DNA from: Tubulanus polymorphus
Taxonomy: Eukaryota > Animalia > Nemertea
Assembly (NCBI RefSeq): GCF_964204645.1
Contig: NC_134034.1
Coordinates: 3,303,814 to 3,367,813 of the forward strand
Direction of reading: 5' to 3'
DNA: 64,000 bases
The translations under genes and the position numbers were made by a program. Under the pieces are notes generated by a model. The model was not told where the DNA came from. It was given only the letters and a program-made list of their open reading frames with translations, and searched no databases. Positions 48,143 to 58,700 of the stretch are shown here, in pieces (positions within the stretch are counted from its first letter, which is position 1; every line of letters begins with the position of its first letter).

Positions 48143-49522
48143 GTAAAGTATCGCGAAATGCCACGAGTTGTGTTTTCATTGTCTGTGGCTGCTGCCACCG
48201 ATTCCATCTCGGTGTATTTGCCGACCGGCGTAACAAGGTGGGCCACGATCTCAGACGGCGGGAGAGTTACATGAAGTGACACAGTTTCTCAGACTGTGCA
48301 GGTATGAAAGACTGACTCTTGAGAAGGTCGACACAGATTCAGATGTGGAATCAGATTCTGAGACTGAGGAGGGCCGGAACCCGGGAATCCGATGTAGACT
48401 GTTATAGGAAGAGCGAAGGGCAGGGCGCGGCAATTGATGAAAAAGTTCGAGATATAAAAAAGTCGTTCCCATGGCAACGCCATTGATTTTTATTTATGGA
48501 AAACGTGGATTTTTATAACGTTTAGCTACGAGAATATCCAAATCAGGCAGGGCATCCATCTCTTAACGACATGTTAATCAAGTCTGGAAAATGGCAAAAG
48601 CGGGATGCCGGATCTTCACAATAACCTCCTTGAGATGGATATTTTGTACTTCTCCTGCCGCGACACGGATATTCCCCGCTTTGGTTCTTCACGGCCCGTC
48701 AAGGGGATTCAAGCTCACTTTAGTAAACCCACCGTTCCCCGAAGTGAACTCGGTTGAAGTTTGTCCGGTTCAGCGATACTGGATCGCCCCAGTCAAGCGA
48801 GCTGTTTGTACCGTTCAAATGTGTTTTTTTTCTCTCCTGTCATTTGTCAGTGTCTTTTTGTGTTTATATTTTATTGCCATGTCTGTCCCGTGTAAATTAT
48901 ACGGACACAATCTATAAATTTGGAATTGAATTGAATTGGTTTGGATACGGATGCCTTATTTGGATCTTCTCGGAGCCACCCATTTCTCAGGCAATCAATA
49001 AACGATTTTTATTTCCTCTCCTCCGTAGCCATAAAATACATTTTCATCCGGATTATCCGGATTCATATCCGGACGTGATGGAGTCGGGCCCTATTGGTTA
49101 TACATTATCATCAACCGCTAAAGTCAGAAAAGGTAAAAAAGGAAATATTCATAATTCACCGCCGGCCACACACCGCGAGGCCCGAGCCAGTGACGTGGAG
49201 CCTGGCTATAGTATATAATTTGTGTCACAGGGACCTGACTATACTATATAAAAAGACTTTTAAAAAAGTCTTTTTATATATAGAACCTTGTACCTAGGAT
49301 ACTGGGGTCAAATTTTTTTTTGTCAGGTCCCTGTGATTTGTTTGTATATCGTCACATATGCCTCTATCTTAGACTTAGTCTGATGAATACCAGTCGTTGT
49401 TACCGGTTCCTATTTGCCCTATCTGAGATTGTGTTTATTTTTCTTAGGTCCGTTATTAACTAATTTTCGTACGAGCGCGATGAGTTTACCACAGAGCCAA
49501 TCAACTGTCCACCAGGGGGCGA

Positions 49523-51955
49523 ATGATGTATATGGATTCAGACCTACAGCGGCACGTATCGGTGGATCGACCCGATGAACATCAGTTTAAATGTGCTTAC
49601 TGCGACGAAACTTTCCGTACGGAAGAAACGTTAAACGCGCACGAGTCCGCGCTGCATCTTAAAGTGCAGCGCGAGATCGGCGACCAGGGTTTCGGTTCGA
49701 ACGCCAATCCATACCAGCGGACATCGGTCGCGCATCCCGCCCTACGTTCGTTTAAATGCGATCGCTGCGCGAAAATATTCATTTCGAAAGAAACGTTAGA
49801 AAAGCACGCGACACGCGTACACTCGAAGTCGCTCCAGTGCGCCGTCTGTCGGAAGCGTTTTACCGAAAAATCCTATTTGAAAAGCCATATGAAAATCGTA
49901 CACGAAGGCGTCCGCGCGCATAAGTGTGAAATCTGTCGGCAGACGTTCGGACAAAAGAGCAATTTGATCGTACACGTTTCGGCCGTCCACCAGGGGGCGA
50001 AGCCGTACCGGTGCAAGATTTGTAAACGGAATTTCTATCGGAAATTAGCCCTGGATAACCACGTAAGGAGCGTACACAACGGCGCGCGTCCGTTTAAATG
50101 TGACCGCTGCGATCAAACGTTTAGTTCAAAACGAAACCTGAATAAGCACGCGTCGGCCGTTCATTTAAAATTGAAACCGCACCGGTGCGCCATCTGCGAG
50201 AAACGTTTCGCGGCGGAACCGTCGTTGAAAAGGCATTTGAAGGTCGTGCACAGAGGCGACCGGCCGCATAGATGCGAAACCTGTCAGCGGATGTTCGGAT
50301 TTAAAAGCAGTCTAGATCGGCACATGGAATCCATCCACAAGGTAGTGACAACGCACGAGTGCGATATTTGCGAAAAGAGTTTCAAATCGAAGAAAAACCT
50401 GAAGATTCACGTAATCAACGCTCACGACGGCGTTGGTATTTCGAAATGTTATCACTGTGATAAAATTTTCCGTCACAAAAATGATTTGGACAAGCACACG
50501 TCGGCGGTTCATTTGAAATTGAAGCCGCACCGGTGTGCCATCTGTCAGAGAAGTTTCGCGTATGAATCGTCGTTGAAAAGGCACGCGCAGATTATGCACA
50601 GTCGCGATCGACCGAGCGAAAACGGTCAGCGGAAATTCGAACCGACGAGTAGTCTAGAACGGCTCGCGATTTCCGTCCACCAGGGGGCGAAACAGTGCGA
50701 GGCGGAAGAGAGTACCAGTTCGATCAGTGGCGTACCGCGGCAGGAGATACTCGCGCAGTCGAACGGCAGTCGGCGTCCGTTTAAATGCGATCACCGCGAT
50801 AAAACGTACAGTACAAAAAATAACTTGAGTAACCACACGTTTGGCGTTCACCCGAAATTAAAGCCGCACCAGTGCGCCATCTGTCTGAAACGTTTCATAG
50901 TTAAATCGTATTTGAGGACGCATATCGAGATCGTACACGAAGGCGCTCGGCCGTACGCGTGTAAAATCTGCCGCCAGACGTTCGGAGAAAGGAGTAATTT
51001 GAATCGGCACGTTTCGGCCGTCCACCAGGGGGCGAAGCCGTACCGGTGCGAGATTTGCGAGAAGAATTTCTCGCTGAAATTAACGCTGAAGAAACACGTA
51101 AAGCGCGTACACGACGGCGCGCGTCCGTTCAAGTGCGACCGCTGCGACAAAACGTTCAATTCGAAAGGCGAGTTAAACAAGCACACGTCGGCAGTCCATT
51201 TGAAATTAAGGCCGCACCAGTGCGCCATCTGTCGGAAGCATTTCGGACTAAAAGCGGATATGACGAGACACGTGGAGAACGTGCATAAACGAGTGTGGCC
51301 CCATGAATGCGAAATCTGTCGGCAGAGCTTCGCGCGAGAGAGCTATTTGAATACGCACATGCTCGCAATTCATACTGCGGGCGACGTGTCCGATTGTAAA
51401 ATGTGCGAGAAATCGTTCGGTAGCAAAGAGGATCTGACCGCACACATGTTTCGGGAACACCTTAAAGAGGGCGCCGCGCGGAGATTTTGGTGTACGTTCT
51501 GTTTGAAAAATTTCTCGCAAAAGGCTTCGCTGACTCGCCACGTGAAGAGCGCTCATCGGCTCGAAGATCGATCGGAGAAGGAGGTGAAGATGGTTTCTGA
51601 AACTGAGGAGGAGACAAAGAAGGTGACTACAGACGACTGTGAGGAAGAGGTGGAGCTGACTGACGCAAAGACGGTTTCTGCGACTGGTGATGTGATGACC
51701 GACTCCGAGACCGACGAGCAGAAAAATGAGGTTAAGACCGATTCTGAGACGGATGTAGTGAATACCGACGCTAAGAAGGTCGTCGCAGATTCAGAGGTCG
51801 GATCAGATTCTGATCAGGAAACAACAACAGAATCTGAGGCAGACGACTTCGACGAGGAAGAAAATGAAAATGCAATTAGATATGACAAATCGTTTGCGTG
51901 GCAACACTATGCAGTATATTCTGGGAAAATATGGATTTTCATTGAACATGAATAA
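49523..51955 (+). CDS. Poly-C2H2 zinc-finger protein (19 intact and 2 degenerate fingers, acidic tail), 810 aa
   Basis: Repeated CX2C-X12-HX4H fingers with HxGxRP/KP linkers and a D/E/T-rich C-terminus. The stop codon overlaps AATAAA. A splice acceptor near 49447 suggests an upstream exon. Confidence 0.92.
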   Translation: MMYMDSDLQRHVSVDRPDEHQFKCAYCDETFRTEETLNAHESALHLKVQREIGDQGFGSNANPYQRTSVAHPALRSFKCDRCAKIFISKETLEKHATRVHSKSLQCAVCRKRFTEKSYLKSHMKIVHEGVRAHKCEICRQTFGQKSNLIVHVSAVHQGAKPYRCKICKRNFYRKLALDNHVRSVHNGARPFKCDRCDQTFSSKRNLNKHASAVHLKLKPHRCAICEKRFAAEPSLKRHLKVVHRGDRPHRCETCQRMFGFKSSLDRHMESIHKVVTTHECDICEKSFKSKKNLKIHVINAHDGVGISKCYHCDKIFRHKNDLDKHTSAVHLKLKPHRCAICQRSFAYESSLKRHAQIMHSRDRPSENGQRKFEPTSSLERLAISVHQGAKQCEAEESTSSISGVPRQEILAQSNGSRRPFKCDHRDKTYSTKNNLSNHTFGVHPKLKPHQCAICLKRFIVKSYLRTHIEIVHEGARPYACKICRQTFGERSNLNRHVSAVHQGAKPYRCEICEKNFSLKLTLKKHVKRVHDGARPFKCDRCDKTFNSKGELNKHTSAVHLKLRPHQCAICRKHFGLKADMTRHVENVHKRVWPHECEICRQSFARESYLNTHMLAIHTAGDVSDCKMCEKSFGSKEDLTAHMFREHLKEGAARRFWCTFCLKNFSQKASLTRHVKSAHRLEDRSEKEVKMVSETEEETKKVTTDDCEEEVELTDAKTVSATGDVMTDSETDEQKNEVKTDSETDVVNTDAKKVVADSEVGSDSDQETTTESEADDFDEEENENAIRYDKSFAWQHYAVYSGKIWIFIEHE

Positions 51956-52797
51956 AAATATTAAAGTTTGTTCAAAGATTTTCACCAGGCAGCCGTGTTT
52001 CTTTTATAATTGTGATACACATATTTATTGATACCATAATAATCTGTAGTTGTGGCTTGGAGAATATTTTGTATAGATGTTTGCAAAAGTGGCTGAGTTG
52101 CAATATTTAATGAAATAAAAATGAATACTTTAAATTATTTAAAAAATGTTTTGCGTCGATAGTAGTTCGAAGTGGGAACCAGACATTTTTCTGGACTAGA
52201 GGGTCGCATTGTTTTCTTCCATTTGATGGTGGTGAGTTAGGTTGATAAAGGCCAGTATAACTAAGTAACCGCTGTTTCGCGGGCCGGTCGGTATTCAAAG
52301 GCAATCAGGGCCTGATAGGGCAATAAATCGAGACGTGAACCCCTTGTTGATTGAGAAAGGGTGAACTTTTTCATGCAGCTTTGCAATTTCGATCCCTTTC
52401 TAATACGTACACAGCATTGGACAACCCCTTCGCGGGCCCGGTCCGGCACAAAGATTCACACATCAGCATTTATTGAAAAATAGAATCAGTATTTGAATAT
52501 ATATAGATATTACAGAGGTTCTAAATGGCATAATTCACTCAAGATTGGCTGTTGAAAAAAGATTTTCGCGTACAAATACACGAGTGGAAATACGCCTTTT
52601 CGCTACGCAGCATGTGAGGTTTGCATTTTAATCGGAGCCTTTGATGAGTTATGGTTCGACGCGGCGTCGCGGGTCTCCGCGCGGGTGCTGTCCGCCAATA
52701 CTTCAGATCGAAGATAAGAGCGCGGCAACCAGTCGAACCCAACAGATCCTCCTTCCGGTACACAGTCGGCGAGTCCCGTGCGCTAAACTGCGACAGA

Positions 52798-55700
52798 ATG
52801 GCACTGTTCAGAGCAATTACCAACCAAACTATCCATTCCAACAAGGTAAATACATCCGCTCTAGACAGCGCCGGTTCCGAATTATCGCGTTCGGACGGCT
52901 TTAGACGGTCAGATACGGAATTGAGCGCGTTTGAACGCCGGCAACTCTTGACCGCTGCCGGCTTGGAAGTACTCGTTCTCATCCGTCACGGTCACATTCA
53001 TTATGCGGGTCAAGTTAAAACGATCATTGCTCATTTAAAATCGTTGAAATCAGAGTCTTATGTTTGACGTTGCGACCAATTCAAACCCGAACATTGAAAA
53101 ACATTTTCAAATTGGCGACATTTTTGCTTGCTGTGCGTTTGTAAATTTCCTATGACCTTCTTGTCCTTCCTTCCAATAAGTCTATTTCAACCTGACTTGA
53201 GAGCATTCCGGGTGGCCTAGCTCACTAATTTTTGGTAGTACATACCCGTCTTAATAGGACCAGAAAGGACTGGCAGTCGACCTAAATCATCATTTTTTAA
53301 TCCATTTGAAACTCTGTTGAAGGATATCCAAAAATTCTTCACTGAAAGGGGTTAAATGAAGAGACGTGACTCCATGATTTGAAAGTTTAACAATATGTTT
53401 CTATGCCTACGTATAAAATTTCAGTTGGTAGGCATGGAGACATATTGTTAAACTTTCACATCATGGAGTCTCTTTTCTCTCAGGAACCCCTCTCAATGCA
53501 GATTTTTTGGATATTCTTCAATACAGTTTGAAATGGATTAAAAAATGATGATTTAGGTCGACTACCAATGCATTCTGGTCCTGATAAGACTATTATCAGG
53601 TATGTACTACCAAAACTGACTGAGCTAGGCCACCCTTTATGCTCTCAAGTCAGGTTGAAATAGACATTAGTTCCTTGTCTTGTTTTGTAGAGGCAGAGGG
53701 AAGTAGAAATTCATTCTCCCCGCCAGGGATTCGAACCTGATGGCATCGAGATTGCCACGGTACGAACTAGACCGAGTGCGCAGGTTAGATGATGTCATTA
53801 CCAGCCAATCAGATATGCCGTTATATTTTAGCCCGGGTTTTCCCGTTTATAGTTCTTCCGTGAAATCTACCTCAGCGATTATACAACGAGCAATCTGATT
53901 GGTGCTGCAAGTTTTCATGCCGCAAAGATGCACATGTACCTGCGCACCCGGTCTAGTGTGGCAGGGGTTCGTGCTATGGCTGAGTGTAGCGATGTCATCA
54001 GGTTCGAATCCCTGCCAAGGGAGGATGGTAGAAATTTAGCTCGATGGATCTAGTGATTTTAGTTATTTTTGACATAGGCTTAAAGATATTTATTCAGTTT
54101 GATACACCAAAAACCTGGGCCCTGTATTATAGACTGGTTTAATCTTTTAGGCTACCCGGGGGCTAACTGGATTGAAAATGAATTCTTAGCCCGGGTTAAA
54201 GTTAATACCAGTCAATAAAACCAGCCCAAGTATTATCTTTAACCCGGGGGCTAACTCGATTGAAAATGAATTGAGTAAGCCCCGGGTTAAAGATAATACC
54301 AGTCAATAAAACCAGCCCAAGTATTATCTTTAACCCGGGGGCTAACTCGATTGAAAATGAATTGAGTTAACCCCGGGTTAAAGTTAATACCAGTCAATAA
54401 AACCGGGCCCTAATGATTAGAGTTAATTGAGTCATTTTTGTTTTCTGCAGGTGTTGTTACCAGCGATAACCGCAGCGTCCAGATATATCAGCTCTGATAC
54501 TTGCGTAAGTATTCCGTTCTTCGGCGGTATTCTTCGATTCTAAAACAATTGACACCCCCCCCCCCCCCCCCCCCCCGAATAAAATCCTTTTTGATTTGGA
54601 TTAACGTCACCTAAATACTAAACTTAGAAATTCATTTGTATATTATTGAATATAGATTTATGAGATATAGAATTACTGATGTTGTGTGCAGATCAAAAGC
54701 TTTAAATCAGTCCTTGTGTAATTATGATTAGGCCTAACTTACCAAATTAAAGGAAACTTAATCAGTCCACTTATTAGTGCATTAGTCAACGTTGGCTGAT
54801 TTATTGGAATTAGTTTTAGTGTTATTTTAGCCAATCAAAAACTTTAAAGCAGTCCTAGAGTAAATAGCTAGAATTAGTTCACTTTGTCTAATTTAATTTG
54901 ATGTAAATATCTGTGTTACTTTAAGATTAAAAAGATTTAATTTGGGGGGGGGGCAATTGTCCTGACACCGGTATTCTTCACCGCGCCTCGTTTTGCCTTT
55001 TTGTGGAACTGGCCCCGAAGGTCTTAAAGGAATTAAAGCTGATTATCTCCTCAGTCGCGACGGTTTCGACTGGGCCTCGGGATAGATCCAGTTGACTCGG
55101 ATATCGTTCGACCGACTAGCCTAAAATTGGCTGAAGCTGAAATGGGGCATCGAGAGCGAGGGTCTGGCGGTTAAAAGGGTATAATTCGGGGCCGGTAACT
55201 TGCGGGTAAACGTTAGATTCAGGTCGACTTGAGCCATTTGCTTTAAGGTAACCAGTCCAGATAAAGTGAAACGTAAAAGAGTTATCAGGGTGGCCACTCG
55301 TGTGGAATTCAGAGTTGCCACTTCTCCGGATTTCTCCGGTATTCCGGATTTAAAAAAAAAACAATTTCATTTCCGGATTTTCGGGAGAAGTCAAATAACT
55401 ACAAAAGAAAACAGCGCGAAAAAAATAAAATCAATTCGGGATTCGACCCTAAACATCAAAACGTGACGGCTCTGTAGAGGGTTTGAAAAAGCCTTATTGT
55501 GCTGCCACGTAGTGGCAACAACCCCGCAGTACACGAATAAACCAAGATGACGCGACTATCGAAATCGACTGACGCTTCGTTTGTTTTTGGCTCTGGTTTA
55601 TGTATGAGGTGTATTTGACGGAACCAATCGCTAAAAATGATCTATATGCGGTAATGAAAGTGAGGCCTATAACGCGTATTGCGCCAGAACGCATCTCCTG

Positions 55701-58700
55701 GCGTTCTAATTTCAGACCCCCGACTTATTTTCCGGATTTTTAGCTTCACATAAGTGGCAACTCTGGGAAAATCAGGGACTTTGATTTTCGTTTCAAAAAT
55801 CATAATATATTCAGGAAATTTTATGGAAAAATATCAAAATCATGGAAAAGTCGGGGAAAACTGTTTTTTATGCACGTCTAAAATGCATTGCATGCCTTTT
55901 CATTGCTGGCTAAAAATTCAGAATGAAATATAGGCCTTCCGTAGTTGAGACAACTTGGGTCATGGAATTCGGTGTTCAGGGAAAAGTAATGGATATAACA
56001 AAATCAGATAAAAGTGGCAACCCTGATTATGATTTTAACTAACTTGTATTGTAAGTTACTGGCTTAACTGACATCTGGTGACCCGTTAGCAATTTGTATA
56101 ATTTGTGTAAAATTTGTAAATCAATTCTAAACTGATTTCATTCTGGATGATGTTTGAAATATTCCCAGTCTTAGGGTCGAGGAGAGATCTTTTACAAATT
56201 GTAATTGATTAGGGCTTTCCGCGAGTGAATTCGCTTTTCACGTTCTTGGTGGGATTCTCGCACCTGGTGTATCGCAGGGCTGCCAACTGTCTCTGATTTT
56301 CAGTATTTACTTTTGTTGTAACGTGATTGATTTGAACAGAAATATGAAAGGTGTTACTGAGTGTCTTACTGGTGATTACCGATTAATTTGAACAACAGAA
56401 ATATGATAGATGTTTCTTTATAGTCTTATCGTCGATTACTGATTAATTTGAACAACAGAAATATGATAGGTGTTACTGAGGGTCTTACTGTTGATTAACA
56501 ATTAATTAGGCCTATAAACAATTTCTTCAATATTTCAATGAAATGTTACTAAAAAGAAATTCCATTTATAACTGATAGTACATCTTAGAGAGGTCGGCAG
56601 CCCCATGGATGTGACTGAGAAGTGAGCATTCATAAGTAGTCTTGTGAGAACCTGAAGACTTTATTAGGCCTCTTAAAACGTGTTCGGTCAGTTTTGAAAT
56701 GACCGTCGCGGTCAGTACAAGTATTATATAGTTTGCATAGATATATTGTGCCCTCCTGTTGCGGGATCAAAGACATGGACTTTAAGTGTCGTTATCAACG
56801 CTTAGTCCTTGTCTAATCTTTTGTGACCTGCCGTAAATAAGGTCGCGGGTTCACATTAAGCAGGAGTTGCCATTATGCACTTAAGTACACTCATTATGTA
56901 GTGGAAATATGTACAATTACATAGTGGAAATTTGTACAAAATACCCCTCTGGAACATTTGGGACCAATAAAGAAATTGAGCTAGTTTAAGCCCAACTCGC
57001 ACACAAAACAGGGAATTAACAGAAACGCAGAAACAAACGTGTTTGATTTAACTATTAAAATTGTTTCTCAAACTATGTTCCAAAGAAATATGTCAATATG
57101 TGCCGAGAAGTTCTAGAACTCCTCGTTACTAGATATAGTCACTTGCAGATGACTAGATAGTCATTTGAAAAATTGTGATTTGATAAAATTTAATCAACAG
57201 CCTAGCGCGCATCACTTCGCCGCGTCAAGTGTCCTAGTGCATGGAATGGCCAAGTGATTAGTCATCCGTCAGTTATTGTTTGACAAATCATGATGTCAGA
57301 GCTGTAATTACGACATGTCTGATTCGGGCGCAATCCACCAAAAAATGTGTATTTTCGAGCGCCAAAAGTTTCGTACAGAGCTCATTGCTAAAGGCTTACG
57401 GCTGTAAAACGCGTGGTTCAAACAGTCTTGGCCTCTTTATTATAAAGAGGCCACTTGTGTATTAATATCTTTTTTCCCAAGGTGCTGATACTTTGTATAG
57501 AAAATACATAAAGAGTGCTCTTTATGTATTTTTGTTAGTATTCATAGACCGGTTTCGAGTTCGCTTATCTGGAATCCAATTTGTTGCCCACAGCCCTCGT
57601 TCACGTAGTTTAACTTATTGTCATTCGATATTGAAATGAAAACAAGTTTTCTGATGATTAATAAAATGAGCTTTGATATTGAATAATTACTTTCAACTGA
57701 CTCGCACGAAAGATGTTTTCCGATATGTGATAAAACTGTAAAGAGTTGAACGCGTCCTCAAACAATGAATACCATGTTACTTTTTATCTAGAGGTATTTT
57801 TTCGCTCGGCTTATGTCGGTCATACTTTAAGAAATGAGAAAGTACAAAGTACAAACTGACTTAAACGCTGTTTGATCTGTTTTAACGTTTGACTTATGTG
57901 TCCTAGCACGAACTTTCATTGAAGAGCAAATATTTTTTTTTGTTGAAGTTTTACTCAATATTGTTTGGTCATATAATTTAAAAGTGGCTGCCATGTATAT
58001 TATGCTTGATTCATTTGAAGCTAGACAAAAAGGATTTTTTCCAACCCGCTGAGTGTCATTCAAGATGTAGTAAGCAGCAGCTTTGAGGTTTCTTTTTCCC
58101 AAACCCGTTGAGCAGGGCATATTTCATTAAGGTTCAAGGAGGTAACCTCTTCCCCTCAACCCAAGTTCCATTCGTGTTGTTTAATTAGCAAGTCTCTTCT
58201 TTCCCTTCAGCCAAATGAGCGTAGCTCGGGTTAAGCAGGCCCTAGATTTCTTTTTCAATATTAACCCTTTCAGTGTTGGCTAATTAATACCCTATAGTGC
58301 TGAAGATTATTTGAAAATTCTGAAAAATTCCACCCTAGTGTGTTGAATAACGGGAATAGCATTATAGTGCGTCTACACCGCAGCGCAGTGTATCGTTACT
58401 TACTAATATTTCACTATGTTTGACAGGTGCTGCCATCTTTCAAGAGAAATAATAAGTAATTACTAATTAAATCAACACACCGCAGTGCGGTGTACTAGCA
58501 AAATCCATCACTGATTTATACACCGCACAGCGGTGTAGACGCACTGAAAGGGTTAAAGGGCAGAAGAGAGAGACCAGAAAAGAATAAATCAGACGAGGAA
58601 CTCCGCCGCCAGATCCGAATCTGTGAACCGTTGTTGGCGATAGAATTATTCTATCACATGTCTTTCCAATGCTTTGTCTCCTTTTTTTCTGACAGGGCCT

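Larger units (their letters stand above)
45658..48329 (+). repeat. Right arm of the inverted duplication; contains the iGluR terminal exon and downstream sequence
   Basis: Reverse complement of 31149-33298, plus a MITE insertion and a (TA)n expansion at about 48111-48141. Confidence 0.95.

Noticed and set aside
31149-48329. Inverted arms as TIRs of a giant transposon, or as a simple assembly duplication
   Set aside because: No TSD at the outer ends and no transposase inside. The arms differ by substitutions, indels and a MITE, so they are not an exact copy; haplotype mis-joining still needs read validation.
49597-51985. Multiple antisense ORFs within the zinc-finger gene, and similar shadows on the GPCR, iGluR and CS exons
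   Set aside because: By-products of codon bias in the sense CDS.
52539-53067. Overlapping 147-aa (-) and 138-aa (+) ORFs as separate genes
   Set aside because: They span the GC-rich CS promoter, exon 1 and intron start; the ATG at 52798 with a donor at 52846 explains the region.
55286-56605. hAT-like nested elements (CAGGGTGGCCAC / GTGGCAACCCTG, CAGGGCTGCC)
   Set aside because: Short inverted ends are visible, but I could not find matching 8-bp TSDs, so boundaries and class are unsupported.
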